Positions 11,071 through 25,281 of a stretch of DNA of 64,000 nucleotides are shown here, one piece after another (positions within the stretch are counted from its first letter, which is position 1; each line of letters begins with the position of its first letter). Under the pieces are notes generated by a model that ran no database searches, was not told the origin of the DNA, and saw nothing but the letters and a program-made list of their open reading frames with translations. The translations under genes were made by a program, and so were the position numbers. The DNA comes from Yuukianura sp. NJ FZ-2021. Its lineage: Eukaryota. The stretch is taken from the NCBI GenBank assembly GCA_046563655.1, contig CM102288.1, positions 3,782,001-3,846,000 on the forward strand, given 5' to 3'.

Positions 11071-14000
11071 ATGCTCCTCGAGAGCGTGACAGTGGTAGTG
11101 AGTGGGGCGACGGGGCCGGTTGCCAGGGACAACCACGACCAGGTCCCCATCGTCAGTCTACTCCGACGAAGAGCCGGCCCTGCAGAGCCCAACCATATCC
11201 AAGTCCAAGGAGAAAGTGAAGGTGAGGATACATCCACCGAACAACAGCAGAGCAACGGACACGACGACAACGACGAGTTGGTGGTGGTGGCCAAACCTCA
11301 CAATACTACTACGTCAATTACTAATCAACAACGACAGGCGACTACGCTCAACGTAGCCACCTCCACGACACCTGACACGGCAGTAGTGACCTCAACCGGT
11401 ACTGGAGGCGGCAGTACCGTTATGGCTGACAAACGGCGCTACTACGAACGTGACACACGAACTGACAACAATAACTCATATGGGAACAGCTCTGACGCAG
11501 GGAGTCGACATTCGGGAAGTTCTGCTGGTGCTAAAGGTCATGGTGGGTCAGACTACGATGGTCCACCGAATTCCAGATTATTTATTCTCTGTGGACGCAA
11601 CGTAACTGAGGAGGACCTAAGAGATGTCTTTGCCAAGTTTGGGGAGATCAAGGAACTGTGGATCGTCAAGGACAAGTCAACAGGAGAATCTAAAGGTTCG
11701 ATTAATTTTACTTTAATTAACACCAACACTCAATTAATTCTCAGTGACTTACGTTTAAAATTATTACCTAAAGTTTGACATGTTTATTTATGGAAGCTTT
11801 CTGGGAATGTTGATGACTGTTCTATCACTGGGGAGTGATTAACGACCGGAAATGAGGCACCACGAAATAACAATCAACTCAACTGCTCTTACCTTAGCTC
11901 TTGAGTTAATTACCGTAAATCTCCCACTGAGAGTCTTAAGATCATAATTGCCATTACGGGCTTTATCACTTTTTAAGGTTCCAGGTCATTCGTCCGAAAA
12001 CAATACGCACGAATTCCGCAAGTCGGCAACACTGAACCTTACGTTAACATTACCAACGAAACATATTACGCCCTTAACCAACTCTACGCTCGCCCCAGCC
12101 AATAAGGTGGTCCAGTTACACTGTCGCCAACTTGGTCAATTCGCGCTTATTGTTTTCGTGCTAATTACCTGCTATTCTTTTTAAGTTGTAACATTTCAGA
12201 GGTCTATAACTCAAGTATAACTCTTGAGTCAATTCTTAAGAAAGGCTAACGCGACAATTGAAAAGGGATAGTGTCCGTTGCTATTCTTTGAGTATTCAGC
12301 TGAAAGAATCAACCAAGGAGAAATTTGATGTTACTTCCCGTCATCAATCTTTAGCATGACGCCGCCATTCATTGCAGTTTTGCATTGTGTTCAAGTCAAC
12401 ATGAAATTGCATCTTTCTTGTAATTTAGACAATATCCTTCAATCGACTCTCACCATTACATAAATTACATAATTTTTGGTGATGCTTGAGGCAAATACTA
12501 CTTACCGCTCTTAAAGTGAGGTTTTAGAAAGTTTCACTATATGCAGAAACCTTCGTAGCCTGTAATTGGATTTGTGTAACGTACTTTATAACATCGATTT
12601 TCAACGAATTAAACTGATAAGACGCCAAGCAAGTTATGACGCAGCTTTTATGACATAAATTTGATGTTAAAAGAGGAGGTTCCTTTGAGGGACTTGAAGT
12701 TTATAAACCAGAACAAGTGCCATTAGGTTATTACACTTTACAACGGTAGTTATTAGGCAGATTTATGTTAAGGTTTTATGTTAATGTAAATTTTGATTTG
12801 GATTGTTTCAGGTGTAGCCTACATAACATACTCGAAGACTTCGGAGGCAGCAGTAGCCATGGAGGAGATGAACGGAAAGTTTATTGGAAATAATGCCAAG
12901 TCCCTCAAAGTCCTTATTGCTAATAGTCGAGATCAAGGGTCACGGAGAGAAATGAACGAAGAGGAGAGACTACTGCGACTCTTCATCATTTGCCCCAGAA
13001 GTACCACAGAAGCTGAACTTAAAGACCATTTTTCACAGTTTGGAGACGTTGAGCGCTGCAGTATCGTCCGAGAACGGAGAACTAAGGAGAGCAAAGGATA
13101 TGCTTACATTACGTTCCATAGGTTAGTTTTTATGTTCCATTCAACTTTAGAGTGAAGTAACTAAAGGTTTTCTTTTCTTTTAGAATATCTCATGCTGCCA
13201 AAGCCTACGAAGGTTGTGATCGAAGTTTTAAGCCAAAGTTTGCAGATCCACGACCACAAAAACCGCCAGGAGAGGATCGATACAGCAGTGCCCACGGTTC
13301 AACAACTGGTCCTTGTAAGTGCCCACTTGCTCATGTTTACCTCAAAATGCTTGTCATTCTATTGAAACGCTTGTCAGTACTAATATTGAATTGGTTTTGT
13401 GTTTGGTAGATGATGTCCACGAGTACAGTTTGGTAGAGTCTTACCCGTCAATCATGAATCATCACCACGATCAACATTCACACCTTGCCATCCAACATTC
13501 AAGTCCACCACACGGCGTACAGTTGTCAACCCCTACAGGCTCATCTCTTCTGACCATTGTGGCCCATGGAAGTGTCAACCAAGATCAATTGTGGAGACTC
13601 TGTGACTTTTTTCCTCAACTGGACTACTGCAACGCACGACACGACACGAAATCACGACAAGTATTTGCAACAGCAGTGTATAAGTCACCACAGGCGGCGG
13701 CTTATGCAAAAGAAAAACTTCATGGATTCGAGTATCCGCCGGGAAATCGGCTAATTGTGAAGTTTGACACGAGTTCTCCAGTAGAACGGCCGCCAGGTGA
13801 GCGTAAACTTATGAAATTTTTGAAGAGTTGACAAGGATGAAACTAAATTGCTACGATTTTCAGTTTCTGGGTCACTGCTGGGCCCACCAGTGTCCCGTTA
13901 CAGTGTGAATGGAGGAGTACAAAGTGGTGGGGCGTTGGTGCCACATGGTGGGGGCAGAACTCCGCCAATAACAGATTTGGCCCGTATCTCCGAAACGTTT

Positions 14001-14658
14001 GCTCAAGCTCAGTCACTTCTCCAGGCCCAAGCACATCACATGAGTTCGTATAATTCAGCAGGGAGTGGGACGTCAACGCTGGGAGAGTCATATGATCCCT
14101 CTTACTGTTCCGTCAAGCTCCCTGGGCCGCAGCCACTGGCACCCATGGACTCTGCTGTAATGGAAAGGTAACAAACAAAGTTTTCAAAAAAAAAGTTCAA
14201 AAGTTTATCTCATTTCGTCAAAATTTTTATAAAACTTTTGAAAATTTCAGATTGTTTGTCGTGTGCCAACCGAGCCCTCCACAACTCTACGCCCTCAAAG
14301 ACGTATTTGGTAGATTCGGAAGTTTAATCGATATTTTTATGCTCAATGGAAAGAACTTTGGTTATGCCAAATATGCCAGCAAAGTGTCAGCCGATGAAGC
14401 AAAAAGTGTAAGTTGTCATAAAATCGCAGATTTTTAATTGAGAGTTGTGCAGCCAATCATGACGTTTCATTTGCAATTTTTCAGGTTCTGCATGGTCAAG
14501 AAGTATGTGGAATGCGCCTAAAAGTATTTCATGCGGAACCACAAGATCAGCAAAAAGGAGGTGGAGCCAGTATGGGTAGTGGCTCCACCCCTCCAAACTC
14601 TTCTGATCCAAAATGTAAGCGACTTCGAATGGACGTAAAGTCCGAGGAAGTGGACTAA
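11071..14658 (+). CDS. RBM45: RNA-binding protein 45 (multi-RRM), multi-exon; start may be the ATG at 11071 or 11422
   Basis: PPNSRLFILCGR...IVKDKSTGESKG/VAYITYSKTSEAAVAMEEMNG...LKVLIANSR, plus EKLHGFEYPPGNRLIVKF and a final RRM: the RBM45 architecture. Confidence 0.9.
12113..12170 (+). repeat. Dispersed ~60-bp element, copy 2 (in an RBM45 intron)
   Basis: CAGTTACACTGTCGCCAACTTGGTCAATTCGCGCTTATTGTTTTCGTGCTAATTACCT matches copies 1 and 3. Confidence 0.7.
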
Positions 14659-16952
14659 CTTTTAAAAATCATGCTCCACAAATTGTACAGGTTGGTTTTC
14701 ATTTTTTTGGACAAAATTATTTTACATTTTTTTAATTAATTTCTAGGATTTTCTGAAACGTGTTCACAATTTTTAATATTGTGAGTGGAATCGAGTCACG
14801 TGCATGAGAAAACTCGAAAGATTAAGAGTTTAGCATTTAACAATCACAGGGATCAAGTACTGCAAGTCTTCAACTTTACAGAACAGAGATTCTTTAGAAA
14901 AGTTTTTCTTAAAAAAAAAGTGCAACGATTTCGAAACTATCAGAAGTGCAATGTTGAATACCTCAAGGGACTCTTCTCATCCGTCCATTTTTAGAATCTC
15001 TGCTTACATTCCAAAGTTCAGGGAACGAACGAATTTTTTAACATTTTAACTTTTAGAATTTTAACATTTTTAAATTTACCGTCCTGTGATTGAAAGCAAA
15101 TTGAAAGCTTTAAGATAGAGGCTTACAAGTTACAACAGAACAACGAGGTCAAACAGTTCAAAAAACGAATAGTAATGGAAATAACGAATTTGAGTTTGAG
15201 CATTTTGTTGTTGATATGTTTGTTGTATAACTCAAAATGACATTTTACTATTTTTTGTTTGTCTCTAGATGAGTCTTTTGGAAGTGAGATCCAATGTTAT
15301 TCTAATCATTCCATTTGACCCTTGACCTTTCCCCTCCTTACCCCTGACCCCCTCCCTCAAATTGTTACGTTATAAATTTTATGTTAAAGTTTTTAAGTCT
15401 CCCAAATTAAGTTTTTAGTTTATTATAAATTTTGTTAGTTTTGTTTGAAGTGAGCTCCTTCCTCCCTTCCCAGTTTTTGTCCATCCTGCTCAAAATCCTC
15501 ACAACTGAAAAAAACTGAACAACGTTACGTTCCTTTTAACTACGAACGAACAAAAAGGACACGGTCGGACGAAACACCACCAAAAACAAGACCAGAAACT
15601 GATGAGATTTTGACATTGGACATGGACACACCAATTGATTGATTGATGAACTAAAAGCTTACGCAAAGTTACTGTACGAACGATAAGTGTGAGTTGAATT
15701 TACAACCTACTGAATTACTAAGTACTTTTTCAAAAATTTTTGAAATTAGTTTCAAACTTTAGTTTCTAGAAAGTACATCCTCACATTTTAAATGCTTAGA
15801 AAGCAGGGGTTGTGAAAGATGAGGTAAATATTTGAAATTGAATTAATGTTTAACTGTGCTTCAGTACCAAAGTTTAGCTGCAATTTTTGAACTTTTTTCC
15901 AAGGAATTTTTAAGTTTTCAAAATTTGAATTTTAGAGAATTTTGTTGACAGAGCAAGTTTCCTTATGTACTAAACCTTATGCAATTCTACGAGTTAGTTT
16001 TAGATAGTCAAAGATTAGTAAATTAAAAAATTATCAATGACATTTACAAAGTTTTGAAAATAGAGAAACAATGAGTGAAAAAAATTGACGGTTGTGGTAC
16101 TTGGGTTTTTTTGGACGGAGAATGACGGACAGTATGAAAAGTAAAAAAAATTTTTAGGATAATGTTTTTACAAACTCATCCAAGGTGGACGGCATTTTTT
16201 AAAGTTTAGTTTAGAAATGGTTAGGGTGAACAAATTTACATTACATTTATTACATTTAAATCACAAACTTATTATTAGGTGACGGTAACTTAATTAACTT
16301 AACTAACTTACGGTACGGTATTTGAACCTCAAACATTGAAACGACAATGGAGAAGTTTTGAAACTGCCTGGTGCTGCTAAAACCGAACATTTTAACTGAA
16401 CGGTACTAAAAAAAAGAATTGAACGCTCAAACTACTTTTTAAAAAAAAACTCAAAATTGCAACACTCTGTTGAACCGACTAAAGTTTCACAACCTTCACA
16501 ACCCTTCTTCCTCAATTTTTCCAATTTTCCTTTGTTCAAATAAGTTTTGAAAAAGAAACTGTGCATTTAATTAGAATCTAAACCAAAGATATTTTTCATA
16601 TACGTAAAAACCAAAACAGGATAAATGATGGTGCAATGTTGTATTTTTAATATTTATTTCATTTTAAGCACTATGCGTACACGAGTGTTCAGTTACTTCA
16701 AAAGTAAGAAGAGAAAAAAACTCAAAATTTCATAAGTTGTTCTCTTTTGTTTTCTTTGCTACCGATTTCAAAAAAGTGGCAAAAGGAAGAGCTTGTTTTC
16801 CAAATAAAGTGGAATGTTCAAATATTTAGAAAAAGTAAAGGATATACGATACCATACCGGATGATCTGTAAGCGATGTCAAGAGTTATTCAGCGTTATTC
16901 AGCCAATCGCTGTCATCAAGAACGCTGCGACGCTGGAACTTAGTTTTTTTTT

Positions 16953-19900
16953 TTAGAATATCCAGATGAGCCTCGTTGCTTCATCTGGCTTCCTGTTTTT
17001 CCTTTGTATCAAACCAAGAAATCGGAGTTCTTCATACGCTTGTCCAAACCGAAGTCTAAAAACACAAAACCAAAAAGTTTCTGAAATTCTAAACAAATTA
17101 TAAACGAAATTGGCAATTGACATACAGCAAATCTTCATCTTCCGCTTGTTTCGCTTTAAGTGCCAGGGAAGTCCGACGTTTCGGTGTGTTTGACTCATGG
17201 AAAGATTTGAAAGCCTGTCAAAGTTAAGCACATGAATACTTGACAGCATTTTTGAATTGATGCTGAGGAATAGCGAAAAATCGTCCACCTTACCATAAAT
17301 AAAGCGTTCAAATCAACATTATGATAATTCTGTTCCAGTAGCAATTTGTACACAATTGACGTGTCAGGAAGTGCAGAATGATTGGAAGCCAGTTGTGTGT
17401 CCTTGCAACAATCACACTAAAAACAAAATTCATCAATTCTAACTGAATCTAAAACTTTGAAATTTTAAAATATTCACTTACGTTCAAATACCTCTGAGGC
17501 AGGGAAAGAGCAACATGAATTTCTTTAGGAATGTTTGGAAACAGTTGTTTTTCAACAAGTCGGATATCATCAAAAACGTACACTTCGGCTAATGGGATCT
17601 CCGTCATGCTCTTCAACCTCTTCGTAATTGTTAGTTCGAAAAACTGCACCACATCATCTCGCACTTTTGCAACTTCAGAATTCGTTCCTACCTTTGCTCT
17701 GTCCACGTTGGCCTGCAGCTTCTAGATAAGTAAAGTAAGGAAATTCATTTTTTTTGAACTATTAGTCAGCAAGACGAGCGATTCTTGGCTTACTTTTGTC
17801 ACTTCCGGCAAAGACGTCTTCTTTGAAGCTTTCGTACTAGTCTGTGTCGCCGGTTTCTTGGTTTTTGCAGAAATTGGTTCCTTAGGTGTAGAAACCTTGT
17901 CTGCATTCGCTGCCGAGAGAATTGTTTGTTTGAAACTCAGGATGGCATAAGGAATTCCTTTGCTGAGATGAAGGTCAACCAACTTCGTACCAGCATTAGA
18001 GTTGTGAAAATCTTAAAAACCAGCCAAAAAGCAACATGAAAAACTTCAATTGTTTCAGAATAGCAGTTTAGATGTCTCTACTTCTACACTTTAGGTTATA
18101 ACCTTGAATTTCATTATAGGCAGCGTTCAGACGACTTTCCAGCTCAGTTACGGAGAAATTTTTGATCAACTGTAGAACACGACTAAAAGGAGATATCTCA
18201 GCCACTTTTTTATCGTCTTTGCACAAAGATCCACTAAACAATGCAATGTACAAATCGGTTTTCTTAAAAAGAAAGTAGAACAGAAATTGAAAACTCAAAA
18301 CGTAAAATGCAAAAAAAAAAAAAACGATACTCAAACTTACGGTTTTTCCAATTGGGTTTTCAGGAAGCCCGTGTCCAAACTGGAACAAAACTAAAAAGGA
18401 TTCATACCATTCCAGAATTTCCTTATAGCAGGCTTTGAGTTTCTCTAGAAATGCAGTCTGTAAACAATGTATTCTTCCGTTATTACAAAGATCTAAATTC
18501 AATTGGTTTGGTTTGATTTTAAAACCTGACCTTCTCCTCTCCGAATTCATCGTTGACAATCCTTCCCTTCTTCTTAGGACTCTTCGAAGGTGACTTGTTT
18601 CTTTTTTTGGCAAGATCTTTTCGTATATCGCTGAAACCTGGAAGTTGTTCCACAGTTTCCAGAAAATGCTGTCGTGACAACTTCAGGAACGCATCGGACT
18701 TCCAGAAGGTTGTGAGATCTTTTTGACAAAAGATGGATTCTGGCTTCCGAAAATGTTCCATGAGACAAATCTGGATGAAAAGTAATCAAGCTTGAAACAG
18801 TTTTTGTAAGTTAAATCTTAGGAAGTTTAATTAAAATTACTTGATAAAGTTGCAGAAGTCGGGCGGTAGAAAAATGGCAGTTGAGGAAATAGCTCCGGAA
18901 CAATTGTACCACACGACCGCTTAGACGGAACGGTGAACTCAAATCATACAGCGCCTAATAAAAGTGTAACAAAAACGGAATCAGTGAAAAAGTGAACATA
19001 CAGAAAGTCAATTCGTTTTTTTTTTGCATGAAAGCCCAATGATAACTAACCTGTTCAATAAAATTGTCTAAACTTTCTGTAGGATTCGGAAGGAAGAATT
19101 TTTCAATTCTGTAGGCTTCAGCAAGGTCATCTGGAAAAAATTTACTGAGCGGTGTGACCCTAGAGGTTATCCCGAGTAGCAGCGTGAGAGGAAACTTGAG
19201 ACATCTGAAACAAATCATGCACAAACCAGGATTTTGTCATTAAATCAGTGATTAAAAGTAATTGAAGTGTATGAAATGGTTCTTACTTGAGTAGAACCAA
19301 TAATTCACCAATGACTCCTTCAGGACAAGCATCAACATCATCCAGTACAATTAGAACATAGGGAGTACTTGTGGCTTCGTTGTACCAAGTATTGAGATCG
19401 TGTATGCTCAGGTAACGCTGTTTTTCATTATTAGATTCCTCAATCGAGTCCAACTCTTCGGATTCATCTGCATCAGGATCTTCTACTCGAGTTTCTCCGA
19501 TAAATCTAGTGACCTATACAAAGTTAACATGGAAAGAAGAAGTGAGAGGAGTCCAACATGTCAAGTTCATTATGTGTCCCTTACATTTGGGTCACCGTAC
19601 ACAAGCTGCTTGGCGACATTCTGGAAGGCGGATTTGACATTTGGGCACTTGTTGGAAGACACACGAACAAGAGAAACATCATCCGAGGAACAAAGAACCT
19701 CTTTCAGGATGCTGCTCATCAGTCTCTTATTTTCACCAGTAATAAGGAATCCAGCAGGAATCTCCGCAGTATCAGTCTTCGGCTTCTCGTAACTCCCAAT
19801 GTTAGATGCCACGAACGTGACCACTTGTTGAATTAGACTACTCACACAGCGATCTTCGTATTCCTGCAGGATTTAAAAACGACCCCAAATTGCTTTGGAT

Positions 19901-20228
19901 AACTTAACTTTTGGAAGGTTATTAGCTTACAGTAATTTTCGTCCGGAACTCCTCCCAAGTCTTTTGGTAAAGTTCATGACGAATGAGGCTCGTCTCAAGC
20001 GGTTCCGCAAAGTGCTCAATGGCAGCCTTGTTGACCTTTTGCCTAAGTGATTCTGTTTCATGTCCCTTGGACGGTGACCTCTTTACAATAGTCGTCTTCG
20101 TCCTTGGTGTAGTAATTTCGAAACCCTGTGTGGAAAAAAAGTCAACCTCATTAAATGAATCATCAACCTACAATTTTTAAATGTCGGCTTCGTCTTACCG
20201 TCTCTCCTCGAAATCGTAATCCTGGCAT
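16953..20228 (-). CDS. ORC3: Origin recognition complex subunit 3, multi-exon
   Basis: C-terminal RFGQAYEELRFLGLIQRKNRKPDEATRLIW resembles the ORC3 winged-helix end. Internal EIPAGFLITG and TLLLGITS motifs. Exons join across GT-AG introns. Confidence 0.82.
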
Positions 20229-21442
20229 ATTTATCGAAATTACCTATGCACTACTTACGAAAAAAGGAACTAAACTGGAAAGGAAACCCAAAACAGGCAA
20301 CCAACACATTCAATGTCAGTGTCAGCAATGTTCACGATTCACGAACAAAGCGAAACGGATGTCAAAGTTTATTTTTTCGCAACGATGTGTTCTTGTCTAT
20401 TTTGAATATTTTGCACAATAGTTTATGAATTTCGCGGCAGAATAAAAAATGTCATTCCTAGCGTTAGATGGCGCGGCAATTCAAATTTAAATCCGGAAAA
20501 GAAGCCACTACGGATTTGCCCCGCCCCTCCAACTGTAAACACAGCAACATACTATGCATAGGGAACATATATAAGTCGTTAATTGTAGTTAAAAACCATC
20601 AATTAATTAATTAACAATACACTGAATATGGCGTTAATTAAAAAGCCCATTGAATATATTTAGTTAACATACTAATATGTGACTATTTCATAAAACAGAA
20701 TGGCTTAAAAAAGTTATTCTAGTGGGAAGAGGAGGGACTGAAGCCGTTTTCCGTTTATAAAGGAGAGTATAAAGTGGGTTTTTTATGAGTGGAGAGAAGG
20801 AATATGGCGAGTGGCTGTGCGTCTGTTGATTGCCTGTGTTTAATTTAACTTTTTTACTTTTAATTCTTCATTAATTTATTTTAATTTTTACTTTTTCGAG
20901 TGTCTGCTCTTTGTAAGGTGTGAGTGGTGTGTGGGTGGTCACAGGATTACGGAAGGAACTGACCCCTACCTCGTAAAGTCAAGATTGATTGGGAACCTTG
21001 TAATTTATAAAGAGTGGGTCAACTAAAAGTGGTCAATTGATTTGTTGCCTGGCTGCATGAGTGCATAAATGGAATAAACAGTACGGAGAGGGAGAGGTCG
21101 AAGGTGATTGGATACTTCTGGATGAACGTTAATCCCTCAACACTAAAGAAATTGAAGGTATATTTAACGAAATATCTTGGTGGCTTCGTCTGATTGGACG
21201 ATTCCGTGGTCAGCTGATCCTTATCAATAATTGTACTGAGTTCTATTGAAGATAGTTTGTAAGTTGATGGCGATTGATGGAATTCTAAATTTATGTTAAT
21301 GTTTACAGGTGAATCGAGAAACGATTGAATCGAATACATTTTCGTCCAACGTCAAGTGAATAACTACATTACTAAAGTGTATCTGGTCTAACCTAGTTGT
21401 ATCCAGCATCACTTCATTGACCTCTACCAAGCTAAGCACTAA

Positions 21443-23852
21443 ATGATAGAGAAGAAAATGTCGACCTACTTACAAGTTGCAGAAGATGAGGGCGAAGAGC
21501 CCATTGAAGTTCCAGCAGAAGAAGATGGAACCCTACTACTCTCCACACTTGCTGCTCAGTTTCCCACCACTTCTGGACTCAAGTTTCGGAATCCAGATTC
21601 TGGCGGTATGCGAGGTGTTCGACTGGTCGACGGACGATTTCATCCGCCTGACGGTGGCTGGGGAAACAATGTTTACTACTGCGTCTTTCCTAAAGGTGAG
21701 GTCACTCGGACTCGACTCTGGATCTGCATCGCCATCTTTATACATTGTTGAACAAAACGCTGAGCGAATGCTAATGCTTGATTGGCTAAAGACTGCATGC
21801 TGCCAGTATTTCAATAATATGCTGCTAAAACTTTACTTTCCTCAATCGATCCAGCTTATTATGTTTGCTGAAATCTTTGACTTGTTCCTGTTCGTCCGTA
21901 GTATGTGTTTGACTGGTTGCATCTTATAAACTTTTCGTTTTCATATATCGCTATTTCGTGTCGTGTTTTTATATTGCTGAAATTCCTCAAAATGAGACGA
22001 CGCTTTTAGAAAAAACGTTTTCAATTTTCTTCATTCTGATCAACTTTTAGAGGCTTCCAGCCACTTTTGTCACAATTGAACCAATTTTTCAATATATCTT
22101 GAATTACAAAATTTGAACAGTAAACACGAAAACGTGTTGAGCCCCTAATAACATTTGACATTTTCTTTGCAGCGAGAGTAGTAGGAAAAGGATGTGAACG
22201 CATGCCGATTTGTAAGTCACATTTTACGTTTGCACAAAAACCTAAATTCAAAATAGTACTGGATGGCCGAGAGTATGAATGACTCAAAAGCTAACAATTA
22301 CTAAAAACAAATTACAACCTCGTAACCTAACCATGCACTATTTTAATTCTGTTTTGCTTTTTGTTTTCAGCCGAGAACAAACGGAAGTCAGATGACTACT
22401 TGGAAAACTCAACAGCCAAGTCCAAACGATTTGAATCCACAAGTAAAAGCAAATGCTCAGACCTCATTGTCCTTGGCCTTCCTTGGAAAACAACTGAACA
22501 GCAATTGAGAGAGTATTTTGAGCCGTTTGGAGAAGTTCTCATGGCCCAAGTCAAGAAGGACGTCAAAACTGGACAATCCAAAGGATTCGGCTTCATCCGA
22601 TTTGCCAGCTACGATTCTCAGCTCAGAGTTCTCTCGCAGCGACATTTGATTGAAGGACGATGGTGTGATGTCAAGATTCCCAACTCAAAAGTAATTCAAA
22701 CCAACCGATTTAATAGTTCTAAAAGCCAAAACTGAAAAGTTCTTAACTTTTTGAATTTTGTTGTCTGTTGAAGGAATCCCAGCAGAGTCATGTTCCAGCC
22801 AAAGTTTTTGTGGGAAGATGCACCGAAGATATTTCAGCTGAGGATTTGCGTGAATACTTTGCCAAGTACGGAGAAGTCACAGACGTTTTTATTCCGAAAC
22901 CGTTTCGAGCCTTTGCCTTTGTCACATTTTTGGAAGCCGGTAAGTTCTTGAACGAATTCTAATTGTAAGAATAATTTTGGTAAGAATAATGTGAAGAATA
23001 ATTTTGCTATAACATTTGTTATTTTTATTGACAGAGGTTGCTCAGGCCCTTTGTGGAGAAGATCACATTGTCAAAGGGGTGTCCGTCCATGTTTCTAATG
23101 CTGCCCCAAAAGCGGACCAGGCAAGGCAACAACCTTCCCATCAATACGCCTACAGAGGTAAAATTTCCAAGAAAAAGTTTCGGAAAAGTAAGGTTTGAAA
23201 GCACTTTTGGTTAGCGGCTCATCCATTCTCCCGCGACATTAATCGGCGTTTGTTTCTATTTTTCCAGGTGAGATGATGGCTCCATTGGCTCCTCGTGAAG
23301 TTGCAAAGATGCCCGGTGGCTACGGCGGGCACTACGGTCAACAAGGTACAGGGTGGAGCGGAGGTGGCAGAAGTGGAATGGACATGCCAAATCTACAAAC
23401 GTTAGGACTTGGTGGTGGGGCTGGTGGGACGCAAGGTGGGCAAATGGGCCTCGGTGCTCTCAATATAGGAATGCCAGTCAATCCCGCTGTCGTTGCTGCT
23501 GCACTCACTCAGGTAAATCAAACTTAAAAGTTAAAGTTTCACTTTTGATTCTTGACTAAAACTGATTGAAAACTTGATTCCTTTCTAGGCTGGGTGGGGC
23601 CTCGTTGGAAACATTCAGGGTGGACAAGGGGAAGGTCAAGGGCCCCAGAGTTTTAGTCACCCCTCAAACTTTGGTCATGGCAATGCCCCACCACAACCAG
23701 GCGGGTCTCAAGGAGGGGACAGTGGTGGATTCATGGGGTGGGGCGGTGGAGATGGTCAAGGTCATCCGAATCCGAATGCTCCACCGGCACAACCCCCTCC
23801 ATCTTGGTCACGGGATCAACCCAAAGGATTCATGAAGTACAACAACATGTAA
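21443..23852 (+). CDS. TARDBP: TAR DNA-binding protein 43 (TBPH); start at 21443 or 21458
   Basis: N-terminal domain [31 protein letters not shown]1 [25 protein letters not shown]2 [18 protein letters not shown]. Gly-rich tail with [15 protein letters not shown]. Confidence 0.97.
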
Positions 23853-25281
23853 GAGCGTAGTGTGGAATGGATGTGTCGTCGCTTCGTCTGGAGTGTGGAT
23901 GAACGAGAGAGAATTTTAAATGCGAACGGTGTAAACCCAGTCCTGGATGGATGAAAAACTCTACATTTTAATATTCAATCGAAATGAAGCGAACGAAAGG
24001 AACTATTGGATGCTGGATGAAGATGATGACGAGGATGATGACTTTTTTTCTGGAGTAGTTGTGGATTGTGTAACAAAAACGAAGAATACTGTCTTAACTG
24101 CATGCAGTTTTTCTGTTTGTGTGTTGTTGTTTTTTTTAAATGGGCAGGTTTAGGGCCTAAGTTAAAAGTAGGGCTAAGTTAAAACTAATCTTAAACGTAA
24201 CCGTGAAAATCGTCTTTTACCTAATTTTTGTTAAATTCTAAGTTGTAGTGTTACTAAGTTAGTAAAAATGTGACTAAATCTAGAAAAACAACTACTATAA
24301 TTAAGTAGACCACAGTTGTATAAAATGTTAACGACTTTTTGACAAAGGCAAATCAGCAGAGTTCAACACAAAATCTAGCAGGTTAAGTTAGTTCATTGTT
24401 GGAATTTTGTGAAAAATTGCTCTAAAAACTCATCCTACTTTTCCCTCCTCACTTTTATAGTCTGTTTAGAACCACAGAAACACTGTAACATTATTACGCT
24501 AAACGTTATCTCAAAAAAGGCTAATTTTTAGTTTTCTCCAATCCGATTGTTTGAACTTAGGTTTTTTTTTTATTTTGAAAAGTTTAAAAAACTGGTTCGG
24601 TGCTCTTGAGCTGGAAAGTTACGAAATAAGTGTAAATTGAAAGATACTATTTAAAAAGAGTTGGGTGTAAAAAATGTACAGAATTTGGAATTGGTTTTAA
24701 GTTTGGAGTTTGAAGGGAAGTGAATGAATTCACCCACACCACCAGTTGAACTGCCTAAAATTTAACAATTTCGAAGAAATAATTGTAAAGATACAAAAAG
24801 TTAAGTTAATTTATTTAATTATTATAAATTGTAAAAACAATTGAAACAGAAAAGGTTATTAAGGTGGAGTGTGGAAGGGCCAAGGGAAAAAGGACAGACA
24901 AAGAACTTCTTTGCAGAAACACAGAAATATATTTTATTTTATTAATAATCAAGAAAAATAAAGAAAAAAACGGATATTGGTCTGATTTATTTCAATTTTT
25001 TCAATTTACAAAACAAAAAAAAACGAGCAATTAAGTCTTTGAATTTGTGTAGTCTGTCATTTCTCCCGAATTTTTGTGGATTGTCGTGAGATTTAAGCCA
25101 ACTAACCGAGTACTGAAACTAATTCTACTCTAACAACATAGTTAAGGACTTTCATCAGGTTATGCTAACTTAACATAACAGGGTTAACTTAACTAACTAA
25201 ACTAACTTATTAACAAGGTTAGGGTAGTTGAAGAAGATGAGAATGTTGGTGTAATTGAAAATCAGGTAGGGAGTGTCCCTT

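Noticed and set aside
21477..21929. 150-aa alternative-frame ORF over TDP-43 exon 1 and its intron
   Set aside because: No recognisable domain, and it requires intron retention. Best explained as a shadow frame.
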